The notes under the pieces were generated by a model, which made no database searches, was not told the DNA's origin, and was given only the letters and a program-made list of their open reading frames with translations. The position numbers and the translations under genes are program-made. 64,000 bases of DNA from an uncultured Bacteroidales bacterium. Its GTDB lineage: Bacteria > Bacteroidota > Bacteroidia > Bacteroidales > GCA-2748055. Shown one piece after another: positions 9,561 through 18,178 of this stretch (the stretch's first letter is position 1; each line of letters opens with the position of its first letter). The stretch lies in contig CAVXSF010000009.1 in the NCBI GenBank assembly GCA_963764345.1, forward strand, positions 131,116 to 195,115. Direction: 5' to 3'.

Positions 9561-10085
9561 TCACTGCTCCTCCCTCAGCATCACATCCACCACCTCCCCG
9601 ATATAAAACCGGTGAAAATCCTGCTTCGGATAATGACGTCTGCTGATTTTCGGATCAATGAAACTGCCGGACTTCAGGTCGTCGGCATACAATTTCCTGC
9701 ATTCCAGGATCAGTCGTGCCTGTTCGTAACCGATATTACCCGCCCTGGTAGCAAAAGGCTTCAGACCGGTTTCCCTCATCTTGTCATAGTCCCGTCCCGA
9801 CTTCGAACCACAAAAATTAAGGATCTTCCGGTATTCTTCCGTAAAAAAGGACAGGGTAAAATACGCCGACTCTTCAGCAAAACCGAAGGTATGGCGCTGC
9901 GGCCTGATATAACAAACTGCGACGGGAAGGTTCCATAAAACACCCATGCCTCCCCAGCTCGCCGTCATGGTATTAAAGGAAGTCAGCCCGCCGGCAGTAA
10001 TAAGCATCCAGTCATCCCCGATAAGCTTGAAAACATTGCCCGGCATGTGCTGCGGACTGATATGTGTAAATACTTCATTCATCAT
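9561..10085 (-). CDS. Flavin reductase-like domain protein
   Basis: This 174-aa ORF carries NTMTASWGGMGVLWN...CYIRPQRHT, which is typical of the Bacteroidota flavin reductase family. Confidence 0.7.
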   Translation of the reverse strand: MMNEVFTHISPQHMPGNVFKLIGDDWMLITAGGLTSFNTMTASWGGMGVLWNLPVAVCYIRPQRHTFGFAEESAYFTLSFFTEEYRKILNFCGSKSGRDYDKMRETGLKPFATRAGNIGYEQARLILECRKLYADDLKSGSFIDPKISRRHYPKQDFHRFYIGEVVDVMLREEQ

Positions 10086-10259
10086 GTATCCAAATTAACC
10101 AGTTTAAAATTAAAACGATAAATTTACAATTTTGTAAGACATATTATATATTTGTTATCTTCGTCACGTAATAATAACAAGCTCCGCCCTGTTCTTTTGC
10201 CCTGGCTTCCTGTGAATTAACGTCAGGCCGGGATATTTTGAGAGCCTAATTCATGACCT

Positions 10260-11273
10260 ATGAAAGAAGCCTTAGAGACACTCGACAAAATTCATCTCAA
10301 TTTCTCCCCTCAGGGACTTTTTGTCCTTAACCTTACCCTGGCCTTTATCATGTTCGGCGTAGCTCTGGAAATCAAGCCGGAACATTTCAAACGGGTGTTT
10401 CTGAATCCGAAATCAACGATCGTAGGATTTGTCTCCCAGTTTCTTTTTCTGCCCGCGTTGACGTTCATACTGATCATAATCTTCAGCCGTTTTATCACGC
10501 CTACCATTGCGTTGGGGATGATCCTGGTTGCAGCCTGCCCGGGTGGAAACATCTCCAACTTCATCTCTTCCCTGGCCAAAGGCAACGTGGCCTTGTCAGT
10601 CAGCCTGACAGCCGTTGCAACCCTGTCGGCGATCATCCTTACCCCGCTCAACTTTGCCCTGTGGGGTAAACTGTATATCCTGTTCTGGAATGAAAAAGCA
10701 CAAAGCCTTCTCCAGCCTCTTACCATCGATGCTTTTGAAATGTTCAAAACCGTTTTCATCCTTCTCGGCATACCTCTGCTCCTTGGCATGGGATTCAATC
10801 ATAAATTCCCAAAAACCACGCTTAGGATCGTAAAACCTCTCAAAAAGATATCCATCCTGCTCTTTATGGCCATCGTTGTCCTGGCTTTTGCTAAAAACTA
10901 TAATTACTTTATCCAGTATATCTCATGGATTTTTATCATTGTCCTGATCCATAACTCCCTTGCCCTTACCACAGGTTACACTGCAGCATCGGCCTTCAAA
11001 CTGAACCGGACCGACCGGCGCACCATTTCCATCGAAACGGGAATACAGAATTCAGGGCTCGCCCTTGTGCTGCTCTTCAACCCCAATGTATTCCCGGAAA
11101 CGATTATCGTCAACGGTTCGGTGAAACCCCTGGAAATCGGAGGGATGGCTTTTATTGCCGCATGGTGGGGAATATGGCATATCCTGGCGGGACTTACCCT
11201 TGCCGGATTTTGGTCGGTCATACCGGCGGAAGAAAAATTTTCACTCAGAAGATTATTTCATAAGAACAGTTAA
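10260..11273 (+). CDS. Bile acid:sodium symporter (BASS) family transporter
   Basis: This 337-aa polytopic membrane protein carries the motif ACPGGNISN. Confidence 0.8.
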   Translation: MKEALETLDKIHLNFSPQGLFVLNLTLAFIMFGVALEIKPEHFKRVFLNPKSTIVGFVSQFLFLPALTFILIIIFSRFITPTIALGMILVAACPGGNISNFISSLAKGNVALSVSLTAVATLSAIILTPLNFALWGKLYILFWNEKAQSLLQPLTIDAFEMFKTVFILLGIPLLLGMGFNHKFPKTTLRIVKPLKKISILLFMAIVVLAFAKNYNYFIQYISWIFIIVLIHNSLALTTGYTAASAFKLNRTDRRTISIETGIQNSGLALVLLFNPNVFPETIIVNGSVKPLEIGGMAFIAAWWGIWHILAGLTLAGFWSVIPAEEKFSLRRLFHKNS

Positions 11274-11278
11274 GGTAC

Positions 11279-12682
11279 ATGAATCGAAAAGAGGAAACAA
11301 TCCATAAGTATAACCTTTTTTACAGGATTTTAAAGAGTTATGAAAGGTTCGTCTTTAAAAGGTTTTACAGGCACTTTCAGGTCATCGACCAAAAAAACAT
11401 TCCCTTCAATGAGCAATATATTCTGACACCAAATCATCAGAATGCTCTCATGGATGCCCTGGCAATACTGAACTCCTGCGGCACAGATGTGGTATTCATG
11501 GCCCGGGCCGATATCTTCCACAAAAAAAGGCAGGCGAAACTTCTCCGGTTTTTTAAAATTCTCCCTATCTACCGCATCAGGGATGGTGCCGGTGAACTGT
11601 CGAAGAACGAGGAGATTTTTGATTCAGCCATTACCATCCTGAGAGATCATATTCCTGTAGGCATGATGCCCGAAGGCAATCATGGCGACAAACGAAGGCT
11701 GCGTCCCCTCGTAAAGGGAACAATGCGTATTGCCCTCAGGACCCAGGAGAAATTAGGAAAAGAACGGGGCGTGAAAATCGTTCCTGTAGGGTTGGATTAT
11801 GAACATTACCAGAAATTCTTCCAGGACCTCCTTATTATTTACGGGCAGCCTGTCGAGGTCTCGGAATTTTACGAATCTTATCTCGAAAATCCTGCAAGGG
11901 CTCAGAATGAACTGCGTGAAAGGCTTTCTGCTGAGATGAAAAAGGTCATTATCCATATCGAAAATGAAGAACTCTATGATATGTATCAGAACCTCAGGGA
12001 GATCTACAATAAGCGGATGCGCAGCAAAGTGGGTATTCTTGGGAAATCTCATTATGAGAGATTCAGGGCTGACAAACAGATGATCCGGATTCTCGACTGC
12101 AAATTCGAATCTGATCCGGAATCACTCAGACTGTTATCCACCAAGGTGAACAGCTATGTCGAAGACCTGAAGGAGCTGAATATCCGTAACTGGATTTTCG
12201 AGCGTTCGGGCTTCACCACCAAAAAACTTATCTATAAACGGTTCGGACTCCTGTTAACCTCGCCCTTATACTTTTATGGCTACCTCAATAACTACCTGCC
12301 TTACCGGCTTCCGCTCCGGCCGTTGAAGAATGTTAAAGACCCGCAGTTTCATTCCTCGTTCAAGTTTGTGCTGGCCATGATCCTCTTCCCGGTTTTCTAT
12401 GCCCTTCAAACCACTATCGTAGCACTGCTCACCGGACCTGCCTGGATCGCCTGGGCTTACCTCCTGAGCCTTCCGGCTACCGGCTATTTTGCACTGTTCT
12501 GGTCGATATGGTACAAAAGATGGCGGGCCGGACTGAAATACAGGCGGATGAAAAAGAGCCGTCATGAGAAGATCCTGAGTCTCGAAAGGAAGTACAAAGA
12601 AATTATGGAAACGATGGACCACATCGTTAATGAGTATCCCGGCAGATTCGGCGAGAAGGATAAAAAACACGAGTATGTCTGA
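11279..12682 (+). CDS. PlsC-family (1-acyl-sn-glycerol-3-phosphate-type) acyltransferase with a C-terminal membrane extension
   Basis: It has an HX4D box in TPNHQNALMDA and a second block MMPEGNHG. Hydrophobic segments lie near residues 320-400. Confidence 0.75.
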   Translation: MNRKEETIHKYNLFYRILKSYERFVFKRFYRHFQVIDQKNIPFNEQYILTPNHQNALMDALAILNSCGTDVVFMARADIFHKKRQAKLLRFFKILPIYRIRDGAGELSKNEEIFDSAITILRDHIPVGMMPEGNHGDKRRLRPLVKGTMRIALRTQEKLGKERGVKIVPVGLDYEHYQKFFQDLLIIYGQPVEVSEFYESYLENPARAQNELRERLSAEMKKVIIHIENEELYDMYQNLREIYNKRMRSKVGILGKSHYERFRADKQMIRILDCKFESDPESLRLLSTKVNSYVEDLKELNIRNWIFERSGFTTKKLIYKRFGLLLTSPLYFYGYLNNYLPYRLPLRPLKNVKDPQFHSSFKFVLAMILFPVFYALQTTIVALLTGPAWIAWAYLLSLPATGYFALFWSIWYKRWRAGLKYRRMKKSRHEKILSLERKYKEIMETMDHIVNEYPGRFGEKDKKHEYV

Positions 12683-13481
12683 GCTGCATTTTTTTGAAGA
12701 TAAAATCGTATGGATAACCGGCGCTTCCTCCGGGATTGGGGAAACCCTGGCAAAAAGGCTGGCGCCACTGGGATGCAGACTGATTCTCTCGGCCCGCCGC
12801 CCTGATGAACTGGAAAGGGTCAGGGCCGGGTGCGGCGAAGTGAAACACGGGATCATCCTCGTCCCCTTTGACCTGTCGTCCCCGGAGGAATGTGAAAAAG
12901 CAGCCGATGAAGTGTTAGCAGGCTTCGGAACCGTGGATTTCCTCTTTAACAACGGCGGAATCTCACAGCGGACCTCCGTTCTGGATACCAGTATAGACAT
13001 GGACCGGAAGATCATGGAAGTGAACTATTTTTCGGGTATCATTCTCACCAAAAAACTTCTGCCGGCCATGATTGAACATGGCGGCGGACATATCACTGTT
13101 ACCAGCAGTATCTCGGGACTCTTCGGCTTCCCTCTGAGAACGGCCTACTGTGCCTCCAAACATGCGGTGAACGGCTTTTACGAAGCCGTATGGACTGAGA
13201 TGCACGACAAAGGGATCCGGACTACGGTTATCTGTCCGGGACGGATCCGGACCAACATCTCCTTTCATGCCCTCGACAAGGGAGGCGTCCCGCACGGGGT
13301 AATGGATAAGGCCCAGGAAGAGGGACTCAGCCCGGAAAAATGTGTGAACGCCATGCTGAAAGGTGTAAGAAGAAATAAAAGAATGGTTCTCATCGGACGT
13401 AAAGAACTTATCCCTGCTTATCTGAAACGGTTTATCCCTTCGCTTTTCTACTGGCTGATTATCAAAATAAAGCCCACCTGA
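12675..13481 (+). CDS. Short-chain dehydrogenase/reductase (SDR)
   Basis: I chose ATG 12675 (MSELHFF), which overlaps the upstream stop by 8 nt. The cofactor motif is ITGASSGIGE and the catalytic motif is YCASKHA. Confidence 0.9.
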   Translation: MSELHFFEDKIVWITGASSGIGETLAKRLAPLGCRLILSARRPDELERVRAGCGEVKHGIILVPFDLSSPEECEKAADEVLAGFGTVDFLFNNGGISQRTSVLDTSIDMDRKIMEVNYFSGIILTKKLLPAMIEHGGGHITVTSSISGLFGFPLRTAYCASKHAVNGFYEAVWTEMHDKGIRTTVICPGRIRTNISFHALDKGGVPHGVMDKAQEEGLSPEKCVNAMLKGVRRNKRMVLIGRKELIPAYLKRFIPSLFYWLIIKIKPT

Positions 13482-13536
13482 GATCCGTTTTGTACAATAA
13501 TTATTAATTTCGCATCGAATAAACGGAGAGAGTATC

Positions 13537-14625
13537 ATGAAAGAGAAAATTATCAGCGGGATCCAGCAGATAGGGATAGGTGTGGCGAATGTGAAGGAAG
13601 CCTGGAAATGGTATAAGGATAATTTTGGTATGGACATCCGGATTTTCGAAGATGCTGCCATGGCTGAACTAATGCTCCCCTATACCGGTGGGAAACCCCG
13701 CATGCGGCATGCTGCCCTGGCCCTCAACCTTATGGGCGGCGGCGGTTTTGAGATCTGGCAGTATACCGAACGAACCCCTGTCGCACCGGTAACTGAGGTG
13801 AAAGCCGGTGATCTGGGGATCTTCGCTGCCAAGATAAAAAGCAGGGACGTCAAAGCCACCTTTAAATATTTCAAAAACAAAGGACTTAATGTCAATGGTC
13901 TTACACGTGATCCTCAGGGACGTGAACATTTCTTCATCCAGGATCCTTTCAATAACATCTTCGAGATCGTCGACAGCCAGTCATGGTTCAGGCTCGACCG
14001 GCGAAAATTCACCGGTGCTGCTGCCGGAGCGGTGATCGGCGTTAGTGACATCGATACCTCCAGGAAAGTATATTCCAGCATTCTCGGGTATGATGAAGTC
14101 ATCTACGACCGGGAAGGCACCTTTGAAGATCTTGGCCCCCTGAATGGCGGTAATAACCGGTTCAGACGCGTCCTCCTGAAACACAGCAAAGCCAGGCTCG
14201 GCGGATTTTCAAGGCTGTTCGGACCGAGCGAGATCGAACTGCTGCAGGTTACCGACCGCAAGCCTGAAAAAATCTTCAGGGACCGCTACTGGGGCGACCT
14301 GGGTTTTATCCACCTTTGTTACGACATCATCGGCATGAAAGCCCTTAGGAAAGAATGCTATGAAAAAGGATTCCACTTTACCGTCGACAGCGATGTTGAC
14401 CCCAAAGGTAGCAGTTTTGACATGGGTGAAGCAGCCGGACATTTCGCCTATATCGAAGATCCCGATGGCACCCTGATCGAATTCGTTGAAACCCACAAGA
14501 TCCCTATCCTGAAAAAGCTGGGCTGGTATCTCGACCTTCAGAAACGCAACCCGGAAAAACCATTGCCGAACTGGATACTCAAAGCATTGAAATATAGCCG
14601 GGTAAAGGATAAACATTTCAGGTAG
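13537..14625 (+). CDS. VOC (glyoxalase/bleomycin-resistance/dioxygenase) superfamily protein with tandem domains
   Basis: This 362-aa ORF has two repeated VOC-like halves (GIQQIGIGVANVKEAWKWY... and AVIGVSDIDTSRKVY...). Confidence 0.65.
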   Translation: MKEKIISGIQQIGIGVANVKEAWKWYKDNFGMDIRIFEDAAMAELMLPYTGGKPRMRHAALALNLMGGGGFEIWQYTERTPVAPVTEVKAGDLGIFAAKIKSRDVKATFKYFKNKGLNVNGLTRDPQGREHFFIQDPFNNIFEIVDSQSWFRLDRRKFTGAAAGAVIGVSDIDTSRKVYSSILGYDEVIYDREGTFEDLGPLNGGNNRFRRVLLKHSKARLGGFSRLFGPSEIELLQVTDRKPEKIFRDRYWGDLGFIHLCYDIIGMKALRKECYEKGFHFTVDSDVDPKGSSFDMGEAAGHFAYIEDPDGTLIEFVETHKIPILKKLGWYLDLQKRNPEKPLPNWILKALKYSRVKDKHFR

Positions 14626-14983
14626 AAGAAGACGCCTCAAAAGTCAGTTTCACCAAAATTCTTCTTTACAATCCGACTTTAAAGACACCCTCTTACATAG
14701 AAAACATTACAAAGACTCTTCGCTTCACTCAGGATTTCCCCCTTTCCTCCAACAGCAAATACAACACGGGCACCACCAGAAGTGTCAGTATGACTGAACC
14801 AGCAGGCCTCCGATGACGGTTCGCATGGGAGCCCGGAGTGTGTCTCCTCGTAATGTCACGGGACAACAATACGCAAACATTAGTCAGGCTGGTGAAATGA
14901 CGGGGGATGGAAGGACCTGCCGGGGTCGGAAAATGCTCGTCTTTTATTATCTTTACCTTCTGATCCGCAAAAACCGTTTTGTC

Positions 14984-15598
14984 ATGCTTAAAGATCTCTT
15001 TCTTAAAAACCGCAGCTACCGGAGATTTCACCAGGGTGTGCCCGTACCGGCAGCCGACCTCATGGATATGATCGACAATGCCCGTCTGGCCGCTTCCGGC
15101 AGGAATGTCCAGCCCCTGAAGTACATCCTGGTAAACGATCCCGCCGTATGTTCAAAGGTGTTTCCCTGCCTGGCCTGGGCCGGGTATCTCAAAGACTGGG
15201 ACGGTCCTGCCGACGGTGAACGGCCGTCGGCCTACATTGTGCAGCTGCACGACACCACCCTCGCCCCCGGGTATTTCTGCGATGACGGTATCGCTGCCCA
15301 GAGCATTCTTCTCACCGCCGTGGAAAAAAATTTCGGCGGATGCATCATTGCCACCGTTAAACGCGACGAATTGTCCGCCCTTCTCAACATCCCGTCCCAC
15401 CTGAAAATCCTGCATGTCTTTGCCCTTGGAAAACCAAAGGAGACTGTCATCGTCGAAGATGTGAAAAACAACGACATCCGCTACTGGCGGGATGAAAACC
15501 AGGTGCACCATGTGCCGAAGCGATCACTGGAGGAGCTGGTGGTGGGGATGGGAGGAGTTAGGGAAAGGCAAAAGGCGAAAGGCGAAAGGCAAAAGTGA
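14984..15598 (+). CDS. Nitroreductase family protein; the last ~15 codons are supplied by repeat array R2
   Basis: I chose ATG 14984 (MLKDLFLKNRSYRRF, a typical nitroreductase N-terminus) rather than the track start at 14813. The tail GGVRERQKAKGERQK is read from the GGAGTTAGGG and GAAAGGC repeat tracts. Confidence 0.85.
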   Translation: MLKDLFLKNRSYRRFHQGVPVPAADLMDMIDNARLAASGRNVQPLKYILVNDPAVCSKVFPCLAWAGYLKDWDGPADGERPSAYIVQLHDTTLAPGYFCDDGIAAQSILLTAVEKNFGGCIIATVKRDELSALLNIPSHLKILHVFALGKPKETVIVEDVKNNDIRYWRDENQVHHVPKRSLEELVVGMGGVRERQKAKGERQK

Positions 15599-17004
15599 GG
15601 GATTGAGTCAGGAAATTAGAGGTTAGGGAGGCCGAATGAACCGTGTAAACGGGAATTCCGATTGTTAAATATCAATATCAAAAACGTAGAGACGTGATGC
15701 ATCATGTCTTCGTGGGGAATTGAATATTGAATATCGAATATCGAATATTGAATATCGAATATTGAATATTGAATTTGGAGACGGGTGAAAATAGACAAAA
15801 ACCGGTCAACGAATTCGTAGACGCACGCCTTGGCGTGCATACGATAAATGCCGTTTTCATTTGGAAGAAAAAAGGCGAAAGGCAAAAGTGAGGGATTGAG
15901 TCAGGAAATTAGAGGTCAGAGGTTAGGGAGGCCGAATGAACCGTGTAAACGGGAATTCCGATTGTTAAATATCAATATCAAAAACGTAGAGACGTGATGC
16001 ATCATGTCTTCGTGGGGAATTGAATATCGAATATCGAATGTCGAATATTGAATGTCGAATATCGAATATCGAATATTGAATATTGAATTTGGAGACGGGT
16101 GAAAATAGACAAAAACCGGTCAACGAATTCGTAGACGCACGCCTTGGCGTGCATACGATAAATGCCGTTTTCATTTGGAAGAAAAAAGGCGAAAGGCAAA
16201 AGTGAGGGATTGAGTCAGGAAATTAGAGGTCAGAGGTTAGGGAGGCCGAATGAACCGTGTAAACGGGAATTCCGATTGTTAAATATCAATATCAAAAACG
16301 TAGAGACGTGATGCATCATGTCTTCGTGGGGAATTGAATATTGAATATCGAATATCGAATATTGAATATCGAATATTGAATATTGAATTTGGAGACGGGT
16401 GAAAATAGACAAAAACCGGTCAACGAATTCGTAGACGCACGCCTTGGCGTGCATACGATAAATGCCGTTTTCATTTGGAAGAAAAAAGGCGAAAGGCAAA
16501 AGTGAGGGATTGAGTCAGGAAATTAGAGGTCAGAGGTTAGGGAGGCCGAATGAACCGTGTAAACGGGAATTCCGATTGTTAAATATCAATATCAAAAACG
16601 TAGAGACGTGATGCATCATGTCTTCGTGGGGAATTGAATATCGAATATCGAATTCGAATCTTTCGAATATTGAATATCCGAATATTGAATATCGAATTTG
16701 CGTAGATCTGTGGTGAAAATAGACAAAATCGGTCAACTAATTCGTAGACACACGCCTTGGCGTGCATAACCGATAAATACCGTTTTCATTTGGACGAAGA
16801 AAGGCGAAAGGCAAAAGTTAGGATTGAGTTAGGAAATTAGAGGTGAGAGGTTAGGGAGGCCGAATGAACCGTGTAAACGGGAATTCCGATTGTTAAATAT
16901 CAATATCAAAAACGTGGAGACGTGATGCGTCATGTCTTTGGAAAAATCGGATAATCTTTCCTAAAATCTGTGCTAATCTGTGTAATCTGTGTAATCTGTG
17001 GTGA
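15551..17004 (+). repeat. G-rich mosaic repeat array R2: about 5 tandem copies of a ~300-bp higher-order unit
   Basis: The anchor AAAAGTGAGGGATTGAG recurs at 15591, 15884, 16198 and 16498, with a degenerate copy at 16813 (spacings 293, 314, 300 and 315 bp). Each unit contains a GAAAGGC tract, a 20-nt imperfect palindrome AGACGTGATGCATCATGTCT, a variable GAATATC/GAATATT tract, GGAGACGGG, and the palindrome GCACGCCTTGGCGTGC. The array ends in (TAATCTGTG)n GTGGTGA. Confidence 0.9.
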
Positions 17005-17135
17005 TTCCCTCTCCTGCCCCAATATCTTTATCGTTATCAACACTTTGTGGATAAACTCGTTTTCCCGGGATAGGAATATTACGTACATTTAATAAATGGG
17101 AATATTCTTCCCGTGCAACCTTTTTTTTCAAAGCC

Positions 17136-17717
17136 TTGTCTACCATGCGGAGCGAATCTATGAAAGATGAAAAGGAATTACTCAGACGCTGCACACGTAA
17201 CGACAGGACCGCCCAGAAGATCCTGTACGACCGTTTTGCGCCGGCGATGCTGGGTATCTGCGTGAGGTTCACCGGCAACCGGGCGGAAGCCGAGGACATC
17301 TTGCAGGACGGGTTCGTGAAGGTCTTTTTAAAACTGAAGGATTTCGAAGGCAGGAGTTCCCTCTACGGCTGGATACGTAAGGTGATGATCAACACGGCCA
17401 TCACCCATTACCACCGCAACCTGAAGCACCGCTACCATTACGACATCGACGATTTCAGGGAGCGGGACACCGTGGAAGCCGATTGGCAGGATGCCGGTTT
17501 CACCGCAGATGAGCTGCAGGGGGTGATCGCTTCGCTGCCCCCTGGCTACCGGATGGTTTTCAGCCTCTACGCAGTGGAAGGCTACAAGCACCGGGAGATC
17601 GCCAAAGAGCTGGGCATCGACGTCAACACCTCGAAATCGCAGTACTCCAGGGCCAGGAAGCTCATCCAGAGCCGGCTGGCCAGTATGGACAAAGTAGCGA
17701 AAAAGAAAAATGGTTAA
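17136..17717 (+). CDS. ECF-type RNA polymerase sigma-70 factor
   Basis: Region 2 reads RAEAEDILQDGFVKVF...YGWIRKVMINTAI. Region 4 reads PPGYRMVFSLYAVEGYKHREIAKELGIDVNTSKSQYSRARKLI. The start could instead be ATG 17145 or 17160. Confidence 0.9.
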   Translation: MSTMRSESMKDEKELLRRCTRNDRTAQKILYDRFAPAMLGICVRFTGNRAEAEDILQDGFVKVFLKLKDFEGRSSLYGWIRKVMINTAITHYHRNLKHRYHYDIDDFRERDTVEADWQDAGFTADELQGVIASLPPGYRMVFSLYAVEGYKHREIAKELGIDVNTSKSQYSRARKLIQSRLASMDKVAKKKNG

Positions 17718-18102
17718 GAAAAACAACGATATTGAAAAGCTGTTCCGTAAAGGTCTGAAGGACCAGGAGATCCTTCCCTCAGCCCGTGTATGGTCCGGCG
17801 TGAAACGGCAACTGTTCCGGAAGATGTTCATGCAGTTCAGTCCCGGGCGTTTCAATATCTTGTATGCCGCCCTCCTGGCAGCGGCTGTCATCACCCTGGC
17901 TTTGTTGTATGCCAGGCCGGAACAGAAACATCCCAACACCATGCCTGAAAACATCCGGCAGGAACAGCCGGTACTTCAGGCACCTGAAACCGCAGACTCG
18001 TTGGCCCCCGATACGCTGAAAGTTCCCGCTCGCGGAAGTCACCGGCACTCAGCCCGGACCTTCAAAACCGGCTTTAAACACCGAAAAAACCACACCGCTT
18101 AA
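17710..18102 (+). CDS. Sigma-coupled single-pass membrane protein (anti-sigma-like); the 3' part is probably out of frame
   Basis: Its ATG overlaps the sigma stop by 8 nt. It has a short cytoplasmic N-terminus and one TM segment (FNILYAALLAAAVITLALLY). After ...APDTLKVP the translation becomes an Arg/His-rich run that looks like an out-of-frame reading. Confidence 0.55.
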   Translation: MVKKNNDIEKLFRKGLKDQEILPSARVWSGVKRQLFRKMFMQFSPGRFNILYAALLAAAVITLALLYARPEQKHPNTMPENIRQEQPVLQAPETADSLAPDTLKVPARGSHRHSARTFKTGFKHRKNHTA

Positions 18103-18178
18103 AACAAGGCAGGTCCCTGCCACGGCCTCCTCCACAGCCAGTAAGCCGGAATCCGGGACCATATCCGGAGGCACATCC

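Noticed and set aside
15616-16767. Minus-strand ORFs inside R2: 15616-15885, 15965-16174, 16002-16199, 16230-16499, 16530-16736 and 16579-16767.
   Set aside because: Their translations are low-complexity read-outs of the repeats (IQYSIFDIQYSIFD...). Copies differ by indels that are not multiples of three. They have no signal or motif content.
15551-17004. I asked whether the regularly spaced repeats in R2 (and in R3-R5) could be CRISPR arrays.
   Set aside because: There are no unique spacers. The whole ~300-bp, 43-bp or ~185-bp units repeat, the interiors are themselves short tandem tracts, and no cas genes are in the window.
17046-17054. A perfect DnaA box (TGTGGATAA, the reverse complement of TTATCCACA) just right of R2. 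The related TGTGGTGAA also sits at every array right end, so I considered oriC.
   Set aside because: Only one perfect box is present, which is expected by chance at roughly this window size. There is no AT-rich unwinding element, no box cluster, and no dnaA or dnaN nearby.
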